Origin: an uncultured Planctomycetaceae bacterium
GTDB lineage: Bacteria > Planctomycetota > Planctomycetia > Pirellulales > PALSA-1355
NCBI GenBank assembly: GCA_963785305.1
Contig: CAWAUV010000007.1
Coordinates: 448,001 to 512,000, forward strand
Direction: 5' to 3'
DNA length: 64,000 bases
The number at the start of each line of letters is the position of its first letter. The stretch's first letter is position 1. The position numbers were made by a program, and so were the translations under genes. Below the pieces are notes generated by a model. The model worked only from the letters and a program-made list of their open reading frames with translations. It searched no databases and was not told the DNA's origin. Positions 32,691-43,716 of the stretch are shown here, one piece after another.

Positions 32691-34229
32691 TCACTCCGCT
32701 CCGCGTTCCAACCGCAGTAGCGGGAACAAAATCACGTCGCGGATCGAGCGGGCGTTTGTCAGCAGCATTACTAGGCGGTCGATGCCGATGCCCAAGCCGC
32801 CGGCGGGCGGCATTCCGTGCCTTAGGGCGCGGATGAAATCGTGGTCCATCTTGGCCATTGAATCTTCTTCGCGCTGGCCGGCAAGTTGAGCGCTGAAAAG
32901 CTGCTCTTGCAGATCGGGATCGTTCAGCTCGGTATAGGCATTGGCCAATTCCATGCCATGCACGAACAGCTCGAACCGTTCGGCGATCTCGGGCCGAGTG
33001 GCGCTTCGCTTCGTCAGCGGGCAGATGCTTGCTGGGTAGTCGATCACGAAGATCGGACCCACGAGCGCGTCTTCGACCCGGGCCTCGAACACTTCGCTTT
33101 TGACCACGTCGGGATGCTTGCCCTCGGGTTCGAGGTCCAGCTTTTCGGCCAGGGCGACGATGGCGGCCGAATCCCGCGGATCGACTCCGGCATGCTCGGC
33201 GAAGAGGTCGTCGTAGGCGCGGCGGGCAAAGGGCGGGGTGAAGTCGATCGTTTTGTCGCCCCAGGGAATCGCGCCGCGCAAGCCGATCGCCGCCAGGGCG
33301 TCGACGACAATCGCCTCGCAAAGATCCATCATCGTGTGGTAGTCGCCGTAGGCCTGATAGGCTTCGAGCATCGTGAATTCGGGATTATGCCGCGGGCTCA
33401 CGCCCTCGTTGCGATACACGCGCCCCAGTTCATAGACCCGTTCCATGCCGCCGACCAGCAGCCGCTTGAGATGCAATTCGAGCGCGATCCGCATGAAGAG
33501 CGGCATATCGAGCGCGTTGTGATGGGTTTTGAACGGTCGGGCAGCCGCGCCGCCGGCGATGGCATGCAGCGTGGGCCCTTCGATTTCGAGAAAGCCGTGA
33601 CGGGCAAGCGTCGCGCGGATCGACTGCACGATCTTCGCCCGATGCACGAACCGATCGAGCGAACCTTCGGTGTACACAAGGTCCAAATAGCGCATCCGCT
33701 GGCGCATTTCCACATCGGTCAAGCCATGATGCTTTTCGGGCGGCGACTCGATACTTTTGGTGAGAAACGTGAGCCGCTCGGCGAAGATGGTGAGCTCGCC
33801 GGTCTTGGTTCGCTTCAGTTCGCCATCGATGCCCACGAGATCGCCCAGATCGAAGCATTCGGCCAGGGCCCAGTTGTCCTCGCCCACTTGCCCGCGGCCG
33901 ATAAAGACCTGGATTTGCCCGGTCCAATCGCGAATGTCGAGAAAGATCAGCTTGCCCTTTTTGCGCTGGAGCACCACCCGGCCAGCGGCCCGCACTCGGG
34001 GACCGTGTTGCTCGGGCTCGCGCGGTCGCGCGCCGGGCTCGGCCGAGTCGGCGGGCGGCGCGGGCTCGACCGTGATTTCGGATTCGCGGGCTCGAATCAT
34101 GGCGATCGCCGAGTGGTCATCGAAGCGCGAGCCCCAGGGATCGTGGCCCAGCTCTTGAATGCGCTTGAGTTTCACGCGCCGCGAAGCCTCGTGGACGCCA
34201 GCGTCGGAATGTTCGGAGGGTAGGGACAT
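32691..34229 (-). CDS. lysS: Lysyl-tRNA synthetase, class II
   Basis: RQRMRYLDL, GGAAARPFKTHHNAL, RIALELHLKRL, YRNEG..RHNPEFTMLE, ELANAYTELNDP, GMPPAGGLGIGIDRL. Confidence 0.98.
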   Translation of the reverse strand: MSLPSEHSDAGVHEASRRVKLKRIQELGHDPWGSRFDDHSAIAMIRARESEITVEPAPPADSAEPGARPREPEQHGPRVRAAGRVVLQRKKGKLIFLDIRDWTGQIQVFIGRGQVGEDNWALAECFDLGDLVGIDGELKRTKTGELTIFAERLTFLTKSIESPPEKHHGLTDVEMRQRMRYLDLVYTEGSLDRFVHRAKIVQSIRATLARHGFLEIEGPTLHAIAGGAAARPFKTHHNALDMPLFMRIALELHLKRLLVGGMERVYELGRVYRNEGVSPRHNPEFTMLEAYQAYGDYHTMMDLCEAIVVDALAAIGLRGAIPWGDKTIDFTPPFARRAYDDLFAEHAGVDPRDSAAIVALAEKLDLEPEGKHPDVVKSEVFEARVEDALVGPIFVIDYPASICPLTKRSATRPEIAERFELFVHGMELANAYTELNDPDLQEQLFSAQLAGQREEDSMAKMDHDFIRALRHGMPPAGGLGIGIDRLVMLLTNARSIRDVILFPLLRLERGAE

Positions 34230-34334
34230 GCCTCGAATCGCCAATTGAAAAAGGAAGCGCTGGTGGCGACAGCCATCGGCAGGCCGCCGGGGAATCGCGG
34301 ATTCTAACACTCGGGCGCCGGATTCGACAGGCTG

Positions 34335-36074
34335 CTAGGGAGCGGTCGGCGGCGCGGCTGGCATGGCGGGCGCGTCGGGCGTCGGCGGGGCGATCGACTC
34401 TGGCGCGGCGCCGCGGGGCGGCAGCGCGTCGAGCGAGGGCGCCGCATCGGGCAACGGCACGACCGCCGAGCTCATGGCCGGCAATGTGTCGCCACCCTCG
34501 ATCACCGGAAGATTAGCAACCTGGGGAATGCCCTGGCCGGCGAGGAAGCAATGCCAGCCGCCGCCGATGGCGCGATACACCTGAATCAGGTTCGCGTCGA
34601 TATTGCCCAGCGCCGTGGCGAGCGAGTCTTGCTGCGTGACCAGTTGCGATTGGGTCGTATACACACGATTGAAATCGGCCACGCCGCCCTGGAACTGGGC
34701 GATCACAAGCTCCACGGCCCGTTGCGATTCCACCACGCTCACGCGCAACTCGCGGGCCTGCTTCTGCGACTCGACATATGCCACGAGACCATTTTCCACT
34801 TCGCGGCCGGCGCTGAGCACCGCCTGTTGATACTGGAGCGCGGCGCCGGCCAAGCGGGCGTCTTGCAGGCGAATGTTGTTGACCAGTCGGCCGTAGTTGA
34901 GCACATTCCACTGAAAGTTGGGAACGATCGCGCCGACGAAGCTCTTGCTCGAAAACAGATCATTGAGATCATTGGCCGCATAGCCAATAAAGCCCAACAC
35001 CGCGAAGCGCGGGTAGAGAGTCGCCTCGGCCACGCCGATCTGCGCGCTCTGGGCCGCCACTTGTCGTTCGGCTCGGCGCACATCGGGCCGCCGCCGCACC
35101 AAGTCGGCCGGCATGCCCACGGCCACTTCCACCGGCGCCGTGGGAATCGGACCCGGCGGCAGTGTCGACACAAGGTCCGAGACCGGCATGCCCAGCAGCA
35201 CGCACAAGGCATTGCTCGCCTGACGCCGGCCGATTTCGAGCTGCGGAATCAGGGCCCGAGTCTGAGCCAAGCTGGCCCGCGCTTGGCGCACATCGAGTTC
35301 CGATGACACGCCATCGCGAAAGCGAAACTCGGCCAGCCGGGTCGAGCCTTCTTGAATCGTCACGTTGCTGCGGGCAAAGGCGAGCCGCTGTTCGAAGGTG
35401 CGAAGCTGCACATAGGTGTTGGCCACTTCGGCGAGCAGGATCACGAGCGTGTCGCCATAGTCTTCGTTCGCCGCGGCGAGACTATCGTTCGACGATTCGA
35501 TTTGACGGCGGAACCGGCCCCAGAAGTCGAGCTCCCACGAAGCGTTCGTGCCGGTGGTCCAAAAGCTCACGTTGGTGGGGAGCGGCAGTCCGGTGAGGCC
35601 CGGCAGTTGCAAATGCCCGTAGGCGCCGAGCGCGCCTTGTTGCTGGGGAAAGAGGTTTCCGACGGCGATATTTCGCTCGGCCCGCGCGGCGAGGATGCGC
35701 GTGCCCGCGGCGGCCAAGGTGAGATTTTGCCGATAGGCGGTTTCGATCAGGCTGGTGAGCGTGGGGTCGTTGAAGACACCCCACCAGGCGCAGTCTTGCG
35801 GCGGGTCGCGAAGCACTCCCGCGGTCTGCACCCAGTCGCAAGCCACCGGGGCCGGCGGGGCTTTGTAATTTGGCCCAAGTTTGAAGCCCTGGTGAATATA
35901 ATCTCGCAAGCTGGTTCGGCAGCCGGCCAGACCGAGGGCGACCAACAGCAGGCAAAGTTGGACGAATCGCCAACGCTTCCCGCACCGCCGCAAGCGTCCT
36001 AAGAGCGATGGTCGGCCGGGAGCGTTTTGATGGATGGCGGACCGGTTCGGGGCGTTTTGAATCGATCTTGGCAT
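34335..36074 (-). CDS. NodT/OprM-family outer-membrane efflux lipoprotein
   Basis: Lipobox LAGC, GPNY, WWGVFNDPTL, SWELDFWGRFRR, LVRRRPDVRRAER, YRAIGGGW. Confidence 0.92.
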   Translation of the reverse strand: MPRSIQNAPNRSAIHQNAPGRPSLLGRLRRCGKRWRFVQLCLLLVALGLAGCRTSLRDYIHQGFKLGPNYKAPPAPVACDWVQTAGVLRDPPQDCAWWGVFNDPTLTSLIETAYRQNLTLAAAGTRILAARAERNIAVGNLFPQQQGALGAYGHLQLPGLTGLPLPTNVSFWTTGTNASWELDFWGRFRRQIESSNDSLAAANEDYGDTLVILLAEVANTYVQLRTFEQRLAFARSNVTIQEGSTRLAEFRFRDGVSSELDVRQARASLAQTRALIPQLEIGRRQASNALCVLLGMPVSDLVSTLPPGPIPTAPVEVAVGMPADLVRRRPDVRRAERQVAAQSAQIGVAEATLYPRFAVLGFIGYAANDLNDLFSSKSFVGAIVPNFQWNVLNYGRLVNNIRLQDARLAGAALQYQQAVLSAGREVENGLVAYVESQKQARELRVSVVESQRAVELVIAQFQGGVADFNRVYTTQSQLVTQQDSLATALGNIDANLIQVYRAIGGGWHCFLAGQGIPQVANLPVIEGGDTLPAMSSAVVPLPDAAPSLDALPPRGAAPESIAPPTPDAPAMPAAPPTAP

Positions 36075-36437
36075 GGTGGAATCGGCGAGGGATAGGCGCC
36101 GACGACAAAAACGTTAGCACCGGTGCGCGAGGGATGCCCTGTATTACTCGGCCAATCGTTTGATTCCGAATGAACCGATCCCCCCGGCGGCGGACCGTTG
36201 TTCGGGCATTTTTCGCGCGGCTCGCCCCGATTGTGCGGCTCGCGGGAAATGCGGCGACTTTGCGGGGCCAAAGCGGGGTCGGGTCAAGAAAAATCGTCGC
36301 GCGGCGCGGCATCGTGATTTGCCACTATTCAGCGCCTCGAAAGCGCGTCATTATCTTAGGGCGCGAAGCGATCGCGAATTCCGCGCCGCGTGCCGATGTC
36401 ATCGAATCACCGCGAGCCTTTTTGAATGGGTTCGACC

Positions 36438-37898
36438 ATGTCCGAGACTGCTTCCGCGCCGACCATGACTGACCCGACGCCGATTTCTCCGTCAGCGCCG
36501 CCGCCGCCGCAACACACCGGGCTCCGACGGCTGCTTTGGATCGTCGGCGCCGCTGTTGCGGCGATTGCCTTCGTCCTGGTGCTCGTGCCTTGGCTCCATC
36601 GGGCCTGGACCACGGAATCGACCGACGACGCCTACGTTGCGGGCCACTCGACGGTCGTCGCCGCGCGCGTCGCGGGGCAGGTGACGCGAGTGCTTGTGGA
36701 CGATAACAACCGCGTGTCTCGCGGCACGCTGCTGGTGGAGCTCGATAAGGAGCCTTTCGAGATCGCCGTGCGCTTGCAACAAGCGATGGTCGATAGCGCG
36801 ACCAGCGATCTGTCGGTTGTTCACGATCAGCTCCGCGGCAATGTGGCCCAGGCGCGAGCCAATCGCTTTCAGCTCGAGCGGGCGATGGAAGATGTGCGCA
36901 ACCAACTCGCGCTGCTCCGCTCGCGCGTGGCGGAGATCAAGGTCGCCCAAGCGAACCAGGTGCTCGCCAAAGCCGACTTCGCGCGAGGCGAGGCGCTGAT
37001 CAAGACCGCGGCCATCAGCGCGCAGCAGTTCGATCAGTTTCGCGCGGCGCTGGATGTGGCCAAGAATAAGGTCGTGGCGGCCGAGAGCGCCGTGCAACAA
37101 ACCCGCGCCAGTCTCGGATTGCCGGTCGATATCGAGGATCCGCTCGATGTGCCGGCGAATCTCGACCAGAACTTTTCCGCCGTGCGGCAAGCGCTGGCGA
37201 CGATGATTGCGAGCATTGCCCCGCTCGGCGTGTTTCCGGAGCACTACAACGTGACGCCCAAGGAGATCATCGCCGAATTCTACCGCCGCGATCCCGAGGG
37301 GAACCTCGACCGAATTTACGAAAAACTGGTGCGCGAGGCGCCCGCCATCAAACAGGCGCGGGCCAAGCTCGACCAAGCCAAGGCCGATTTGGACCAGGCC
37401 AAATTGAACCTGAGCTGGTGCGTGGTGAAGGCCGAAATCGATGGAGTGGTCACGCGGCGCAATGTGAACCCGGGCGACAATGTGCAAGCCGGCCAGGGCC
37501 TCATGGCGGTGCGCTCGCTCACCGACATTTGGATCGACGCGAATTTCAAGGAAACGCAATTGTCGCAAATTCGCATCGGTCAGCGCGCCGAAATCAATGT
37601 CGACCTCTATGGAAGAAAGGAAGTATTCAAGGGACGCGTGACCGGCTTCGCCATGGGCACCGGCTCGACGCTGTCGCTGTTGCCCGCGCAAAACGCGACC
37701 GGGAACTTCGTGAAAGTCGTGCAGCGGCTACCGGTGCGCATCGAACTGACGGACTATGATCCGGAGCGCGCGCCGCTGTTTGTCGGCCTCTCGGTCGAGC
37801 CGTATGTGTTTATCAAGGAAGCGCCCACCGGCCCCGATGCCGGCAAAATGCTCCAGCCGCCGATGGCCGTGCCGGCCATTCCAGCCCGCGCCGATTGA
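36438..37898 (+). CDS. HlyD/EmrA-family membrane fusion protein
   Basis: STDDAYV, WIDANFKETQL, GTGSTLSLLPAQNATGNFVKVVQRLPVRI. Confidence 0.94.
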   Translation: MSETASAPTMTDPTPISPSAPPPPQHTGLRRLLWIVGAAVAAIAFVLVLVPWLHRAWTTESTDDAYVAGHSTVVAARVAGQVTRVLVDDNNRVSRGTLLVELDKEPFEIAVRLQQAMVDSATSDLSVVHDQLRGNVAQARANRFQLERAMEDVRNQLALLRSRVAEIKVAQANQVLAKADFARGEALIKTAAISAQQFDQFRAALDVAKNKVVAAESAVQQTRASLGLPVDIEDPLDVPANLDQNFSAVRQALATMIASIAPLGVFPEHYNVTPKEIIAEFYRRDPEGNLDRIYEKLVREAPAIKQARAKLDQAKADLDQAKLNLSWCVVKAEIDGVVTRRNVNPGDNVQAGQGLMAVRSLTDIWIDANFKETQLSQIRIGQRAEINVDLYGRKEVFKGRVTGFAMGTGSTLSLLPAQNATGNFVKVVQRLPVRIELTDYDPERAPLFVGLSVEPYVFIKEAPTGPDAGKMLQPPMAVPAIPARAD

Positions 37899-39283
37899 TG
37901 CCGAGCACTTCCGAAGAACCCGATCCGCTCGAACCGGCGGCGATCGCCGGCGAAGCGCCCGCGGCGCACGATCCCTATGCGCCGCTCCGCGACGCGAATC
38001 TGCGAAACTATCTGGCGATCAATCTGCTCTCGGTCGTCGGCATGCAGATGCAGATGATGGCGCTGCGCTACGAGGTGTATCAGACCACGCGCGATCCGCA
38101 ACTCTTGGGACTCACCGGGCTCGCGCAAGTCGTGCCGGTGCTCGCGCTGATGCTCGTGACCGGCCATGTGGTCGATCGCTTCAATCGCAAAAACGTGATG
38201 CTCGTCTCGCTCACGACCAGCGGCCTCGCGGCGGCGGCCCTGGCCGCGGTGTCGCATTGGCACGGCCCGCTGATCGCGGTCTACGCGTGCCTCGTGACCC
38301 ACGGCACGGCGCGGGCTTTTTTGCAGCCGGCCAAGCAATCGTTTTTGCCTCGGTTGACCTCGCCTTCCCAGTTTTCGGCCGCGGTGACTTGGGCCAGCGG
38401 GGTGTTTCATTTGGGATCGGTCCTGGGGCCCGCGCTGGGAGGCTGGCTGCTGGCGGCGACGAATAACTGCGGGCTGATCTATGCGATCAATGCGATCGCG
38501 ATCGGCGCCTGCGTGTTGCTGCTGGCCACGATCCAACCGCGGCCGCCGGCGCCGAGCGAACGGCGCGAGCCGGCGGGGCAATCGCTTCTGGCCGGCGTTC
38601 GGTTCGTGTGGCGAAATCCGCTCGTGCTGGGCGCCATGGCGCTTGATATGTTCGCGGTGCTGCTCGGAGGCGCCGTGGCGCTGTTGCCGGTATTTGCCAC
38701 CGATGTTCTCCACGTGGGACCCACGGGACTCGGCTGGATGGAAACGGCGCCGGCCCTGGGTTCGGTGCTCATGAGTTTGTTGCTGGCCCATCGGCCGCCG
38801 CTCCAAAAGGCGGGCCACTATTTGCTCTGGTCCGTGGCCGGCTTCGGAGCGTGCATGATCGTGTTTGGCCTTTCGCGCTCCTTCGCGCTATCATTACTCG
38901 CGTTGCTAATCTCGGGCGTGCTCGACACGGTGAGCGTCGTCGTGCGGCAAACTCTGGTGCAGTTGCAAACACCCGACGCGATGCGTGGCCGGGTATCGGC
39001 AATTAACAGCGTGTTTATCAGTTTGTCCAACGAGCTGGGCGCGTTTGAATCAGGCGAAGCGGCCGCGGGGTTTGCCCTTGCCTACCCGCCGGTCACGCAC
39101 GACGCCGATCCCGATCGGGCGCGAATCTTCGGCGTGATCGCGTCGGTCGTCGCGGGCGGAATCGGGACGTTGTTGGTCGTATTGTTCACGGCTTGGAAGT
39201 GGCCGATGCTGCGGCGCTACGATCGGCTCGACGCGGCGAACGAGTGCCCCGCCGAAAATCGTCCCGGAAGCCCGTCGCCATGA
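37898..39283 (+). CDS. MFS transporter (DHA3/EntS-like, 12 TM)
   Basis: GHVVDRFNRK, LDMFAVLLGGAVALLP, QLQTPDAMRGRV, SNELGAFESG; TGATG coupling to the HlyD gene. Confidence 0.88.
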   Translation: MPSTSEEPDPLEPAAIAGEAPAAHDPYAPLRDANLRNYLAINLLSVVGMQMQMMALRYEVYQTTRDPQLLGLTGLAQVVPVLALMLVTGHVVDRFNRKNVMLVSLTTSGLAAAALAAVSHWHGPLIAVYACLVTHGTARAFLQPAKQSFLPRLTSPSQFSAAVTWASGVFHLGSVLGPALGGWLLAATNNCGLIYAINAIAIGACVLLLATIQPRPPAPSERREPAGQSLLAGVRFVWRNPLVLGAMALDMFAVLLGGAVALLPVFATDVLHVGPTGLGWMETAPALGSVLMSLLLAHRPPLQKAGHYLLWSVAGFGACMIVFGLSRSFALSLLALLISGVLDTVSVVVRQTLVQLQTPDAMRGRVSAINSVFISLSNELGAFESGEAAAGFALAYPPVTHDADPDRARIFGVIASVVAGGIGTLLVVLFTAWKWPMLRRYDRLDAANECPAENRPGSPSP

Positions 39284-40383
39284 TTGATCGCAAAACATCC
39301 CATGCAATGTCCGCTGCCAGCGAGTCGCGCGGCGCTTCGGCTGCCGGCGAGTCGCGCGGCGCTTCGGCTGCCGGCGAGGTCGCATACGCGCGCGTCGGGC
39401 CGAGCGAGCGGCCGCCGTTTCGTCCGCATCCTTGGATTCGGGGTGGTCATGCGCAGACGTTGGCCGGAGTGTATTTGCGCTGGGCGCCGCATGTCGAGCG
39501 GGCACGGCGCCATGTCATCGCCCTGCCCGATGGCGACCGGGTCGTGGTGCATGACGACAACCCACCCGACTGGAACCCCGGCCAACGAGCGGTGCTGCTA
39601 CTGCATGGACTTTCGGGATCGCATGCCAGCGGCTATATGCGGCGGGCGTCGGTGAAATTCGCGGCTCGCGGAGTGCGATCCTTTCGGCTCGACCTGCGCG
39701 GCTGCGGCGCGGGGGCCGGGCTCGCGATCTTGCCATATCACAGCGGAAGGTCGGAGGACGCCGCCCGAGTGCTCGAGTGGATCGCCGCGGAATGTCCCGG
39801 CTCGCCGGTCACGCTTATCGGCTATTCGCTCGGCGGCAATATCACGCTCAAGCTGCTCGGTGAGTTGGGCGATGCGACCTGCTTTGGACTCGATAGCGCG
39901 GTGGCGGTCTGCCCGCCGATCGACTTGGAAATCTGTTCCCGAAACATCGGGCAAGGGTCGAATCGGATGTACGACCGCCATTTCGTGCGGAGTCTCTCGC
40001 GGGGCTTGGCGTGGCTCAAGCAGCGCCGGCCCGAGGCGCCAGGCATTCCGCTCGCCCGGCGTGCGCGAACGCTCCATGAGTTCGACGATCTTTACACCGC
40101 GCCGGTGAGCGGCTTCGGCAGCGCGGCGAATTATTATCGGCTGGCCAGTTCCAAGCCGCTTTTGGGAGCAATTCGCAAACCAACGCTCCTGATTGCGGCC
40201 GACGACGATCCGCTGATCCCCCGCGATATCTTCAACGACCTGCCGCCGCGCGATTTTCTCGAGCTGCTGATCGCTCCGGGCGGCGGCCACCTGGGATTCA
40301 TCGGCCGCGCGGGCAGCGATGGCGACCGACGCTGGCTCGACTGGCGAATCGTCGACTGGGTGCTGGGCTTGTCCGGTCCTTGA
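39280..40383 (+). CDS. YheT-like alpha/beta hydrolase
   Basis: GGHAQT, LLHGLSGS, YHSGRSED, GYSLGGN, EFDDLYTAP, DDP, GGHLGF. Confidence 0.88.
   Translation: MIDRKTSHAMSAASESRGASAAGESRGASAAGEVAYARVGPSERPPFRPHPWIRGGHAQTLAGVYLRWAPHVERARRHVIALPDGDRVVVHDDNPPDWNPGQRAVLLLHGLSGSHASGYMRRASVKFAARGVRSFRLDLRGCGAGAGLAILPYHSGRSEDAARVLEWIAAECPGSPVTLIGYSLGGNITLKLLGELGDATCFGLDSAVAVCPPIDLEICSRNIGQGSNRMYDRHFVRSLSRGLAWLKQRRPEAPGIPLARRARTLHEFDDLYTAPVSGFGSAANYYRLASSKPLLGAIRKPTLLIAADDDPLIPRDIFNDLPPRDFLELLIAPGGGHLGFIGRAGSDGDRRWLDWRIVDWVLGLSGP
39310..39378 (+). repeat. 27-bp tandem repeat (~2.5 copies) in the hydrolase N-terminus
   Basis: GAGTCGCGCGGCGCTTCGGCTGCCGGC is exact at 39322-39348 and 39349-39375; it encodes ESRGASAAG twice. 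Confidence 0.9.
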
Positions 40384-40612
40384 ATCGTTGGCCAGCCGCC
40401 GGGGCCGAGTCGTCCGAAGAAAAACGCCGCTTTTCCCAGGGGCGCGGCTTCGTTATACTCAAGTCGTGCAATGCCTTATCGCACGACGCGACGATCCCCG
40501 GCGCCCACGTTTCGAGTATTGATGCTCGATCCGTCGCAAGCCCCCCGGCGGTCGCTCGAGATTGCTTGCGGCTCGAATCGCCGATTTCTGTCCGGCTTGA
40601 AGTTACCCGCCT

Positions 40613-41433
40613 ATGCCGAAATATGTCGTCCGGACCGGTGTGATGCGCACGCTGGGCGTTTACTCGGCGGGGCGCGACGATTTGTTTGCCCGGGCGCTCG
40701 GGTCATTGTGCGCACCGACCGCGGTGTCGAAAGTGGCGTGGTGCTGTGTGACGCCACCCCGGCGACGACCGAAAGCCTGAGCCTCGGTCCGCAGGGCCAG
40801 GTGTCGCGCGTGATGACGACCGACGATCTCCGCGAGCAAGAGCGCCTCGCCGAACGAGAAATCCGCGAATTCGAGATTTGCGAGCGGTGTATCGCCGAGG
40901 AAGAGTTGCCGATGAAGCTCGTTGATGTCGAGCATATCTTTGGCGGAGAACGGATCGTCGTTTATTATCTTTCGGAAGCCCGGGTCGACTTTCGCGAACT
41001 GGTTCGCAAGCTGGCCGGAGAATTTCAGACCCGGGTCGAGATGCGGCAGATCGGAGTGCGCGACGAAGCCAAGCTGCTGGCCGACTATGGAGACTGTGGC
41101 AAGCCGGTCTGCTGCAACACGCATCTCTCGGAGATGCCGCCGGTGTCGATGAAAATGGCCAAGATCCAAAAGGCCACGCTCGACCCGACCAAGATTTCCG
41201 GACGCTGCGGCCGGCTGAAGTGCTGTTTGCGATATGAATACGACACCTACGAAGCATTGCAGAAAGAATTGCCGCCGATCGGTTCCGACGTGGTGACCAG
41301 CCGCGGCCGCGGCCGGGTGCTCGCGCAAGAGATTTTGGCCGGCCAGGTGCTGATGGAAATGGAAGATCATCGCCGGGTGTTGGTCGAGGCGGGCGAAGTG
41401 CTCACGGTGCTCCGCCGGGGCAATTCGCGGTAA
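40613..41433 (+). CDS. PSP1/RicT (YaaT) family protein, frameshift near 40675
   Basis: MPKYVVRTGVMRTLG from ATG 40613; RVDFRELVR, RQIGVRDEAK, DCGKPVCC, KISGRCGRLKCCLRYE. Confidence 0.88.
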
Positions 41434-41467
41434 ATTTTATCAAGCGTTCTCGGTGAAAGTCCGCGCC

Positions 41468-41902
41468 ATGCTCGAATCAACCCATCCTGTCGCCAAGCTC
41501 GTCAAGGAAGACCGTCGCTATAAAATCGACGCCTATGCCTTCGTGTTCGATGCCCTCAAGTTTGCCCACGAAACACTCGGCATGGGCGCCGAACATCCGG
41601 CGGAAGCCGAAGACGAGGGCGACGAACCCGAGTCCCGCGAGACCGAGCGGCATCTCTCGGGCCAGCAGCTTTGCGAGGCGATTCGCCTCTATGCGCTCGA
41701 GCAATACGGCTACATGGCCCAATGCGTGCTGAACAGTTGGGGAGTGCGATCCACGAGCGACTTTGGCGAGATCGTGTTCAATCTGATTCGCATAGGTCAT
41801 ATGCGCAAGACCGCCGACGACTCGCGCGAGGACTTCAATGATGTCTTCGATTTCGAGACCGGCCTGCGAGATAGTTTCAAAATCACGCGTCCCGAGGCAT
41901 AA
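41468..41902 (+). CDS. TIGR04138/Minf_1886-type PVC-restricted protein
   Basis: DRRYKIDAYAFV, RHLSGQQLCEAIR, WGVRSTSDFGEIVFNLI, DSREDF. Confidence 0.8.
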   Translation: MLESTHPVAKLVKEDRRYKIDAYAFVFDALKFAHETLGMGAEHPAEAEDEGDEPESRETERHLSGQQLCEAIRLYALEQYGYMAQCVLNSWGVRSTSDFGEIVFNLIRIGHMRKTADDSREDFNDVFDFETGLRDSFKITRPEA

Positions 41903-41910
41903 GCGAAGCC

Positions 41911-42183
41911 GTGGCGACCATGGGTTTTCTCAGCACGCGATTCGCGGCCGGGCAAAGGGCGCCGACCATCAAGCGTTCGGGCGCCTTGGCTCGCGCGGGC
42001 GACGACCGCTCGCGGTCGAGTTCGGCCAGCGGCGAAAGCGTCGGCAAATCGCGGCCCGAGGCGCCGTCGTCCGGATGGACCCGACTGCCTCCGCCCAAGA
42101 AAAATCGCGTTTTGCTCGCGTTTGCAACCCTGCTTTTGGTGGGGTGGCTCGTGGCGCTCGCCATTTTGGCGCTGGCGACTTGA
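41911..42183 (+). CDS. Small hypothetical protein with a C-terminal TM helix
   Basis: Co-oriented with its neighbours; PPKKNR followed by the hydrophobic stretch VLLAFATLLLVGWLVALAILALA. Confidence 0.45.
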   Translation: MATMGFLSTRFAAGQRAPTIKRSGALARAGDDRSRSSSASGESVGKSRPEAPSSGWTRLPPPKKNRVLLAFATLLLVGWLVALAILALAT

Positions 42184-42456
42184 CCGGCGGGCGATAATTG
42201 TCGGAGTGGCGGGCGGCGCGAAGTTTGCAATCAGCGCCGTCGCCAGGGACAATTTCATGGCCGCTCGAAAAACATTTCGCTGGGCGGTGGATTCAAGGTT
42301 TTGGGCGAAGCGGGGCATTTTGGCGCCGCCTTCGCACGAGAAACTTTGCTCGCTCGCCGACGTTCGATGCGATCTGGTTTTAACAATGCCCTTTTCGGCG
42401 GCTTTAGCGCTCCGGCCGGAGCCGTTCCGCTACCCACTTCTTGGAGGATTCTTGCG

Positions 42457-43716
42457 ATGGCCGCGCAGAACACGGTTCCCGAAATCGACGAACAGCATCG
42501 CGGCCTTGGCCGACCAATTTTTCACCGCGCGCGGCGATGGGAGCATCGTGGACTGCGGGGGCTGATGTGTCTGGCGTGTCTTGCGGCCGGCTTGGCGCTG
42601 GCGGCCATCGTGGGAAGTGTTTTCACGCGCTCGGCCGTGGCCGAGGAAAACGCGGCGCCCGGCGCGGTGTCGGGGCGCCAACTTCAGGCGTCGGTTGATA
42701 AAGCGGTCGACTTTCTCGCGAAAGCCCAAGCAGCCGATGGCTCGTTTGGCTCCTCGGCCGATCTGCCGGGCGTGACCGCCGTGGTCGTCGGCGGATTGCT
42801 TCGCTCGGGCCGCGGTCCCGACGATCCGGTGGTGGCCAAGGGGCTCAAGTACCTGTCGAAGGAAATCGAGCCCGACGGCGGCGTTTATCAAAAAGGCTCG
42901 AACCACACCAACTACGAGACATGCGTTGCCTTGCAGGCCTTTGCTTGGGCCAATGCCGATCATCGCTACGACGTGCAGATCAAGAATGCGGAAAAGTATG
43001 TCCGCGAAGTGCAATGGGATGTCGCCGAGGGCCATGATCGGAGCAGCCCCGCTTATGGCGGCGCGGGCTATGGCGGCTCGAAGCGGCCCGACCTTTCGAA
43101 CACCTCGTTTCTGATGGACGCGCTCAAGCAATGCGGCGCCGATTCAAACGACGAAGCGGTGCAAAAGGCGCTGATCTTCGTGTCGCGCTGCCAGAACCTC
43201 GAGACCGAGAACAACACCACGCCCTTCGCCGCCAAGAATCCCGACGGCGGCTTCTACTACACGCCTGTCGCGGGCGGCGGAAGCGGCGCCGGCACGACCG
43301 CCGACGGCGGCTTGCGAAGCTATGGCGCCATGACCTATGCCGGGCTCAAGTGCATGATCTATGCCGGGCTGAGCCCCAGTGATCCGCGAATGCAAGCCGC
43401 GGTCAAATGGATCCAACAACACTACTCAGTCGACGAAAATCCCGGCCTCGGCCAGCCTGGCGTTTATTACTACTACCACACCTTCGCCAAAGCGCTCGAT
43501 GTCCTGGGGCAAAATGAATTCGTGGACGCCCAAGGACACAAACACGATTGGCGTCGTGAGTTGGGCGCCAAGCTCGTGTCGCTCCAGCGGCCCGATGGCT
43601 CGTGGGTCAATCCGGAGCGTCGCTGGATGGAAGGCGACGCGAATCTCGTGACCGGCTATGTGCTGCTGACGCTGGCCTATTGCAGGCCGCCGTCATCGGC
43701 CTCGACCGGCAAATGA
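42457..43716 (+). CDS. Prenyltransferase/squalene-oxidase repeat protein (secreted alpha-barrel)
   Basis: QW-like repeats [12 protein letters not shown] and [39 protein letters not shown]. Confidence 0.82.
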   Translation: MAAQNTVPEIDEQHRGLGRPIFHRARRWEHRGLRGLMCLACLAAGLALAAIVGSVFTRSAVAEENAAPGAVSGRQLQASVDKAVDFLAKAQAADGSFGSSADLPGVTAVVVGGLLRSGRGPDDPVVAKGLKYLSKEIEPDGGVYQKGSNHTNYETCVALQAFAWANADHRYDVQIKNAEKYVREVQWDVAEGHDRSSPAYGGAGYGGSKRPDLSNTSFLMDALKQCGADSNDEAVQKALIFVSRCQNLETENNTTPFAAKNPDGGFYYTPVAGGGSGAGTTADGGLRSYGAMTYAGLKCMIYAGLSPSDPRMQAAVKWIQQHYSVDENPGLGQPGVYYYYHTFAKALDVLGQNEFVDAQGHKHDWRRELGAKLVSLQRPDGSWVNPERRWMEGDANLVTGYVLLTLAYCRPPSSASTGK

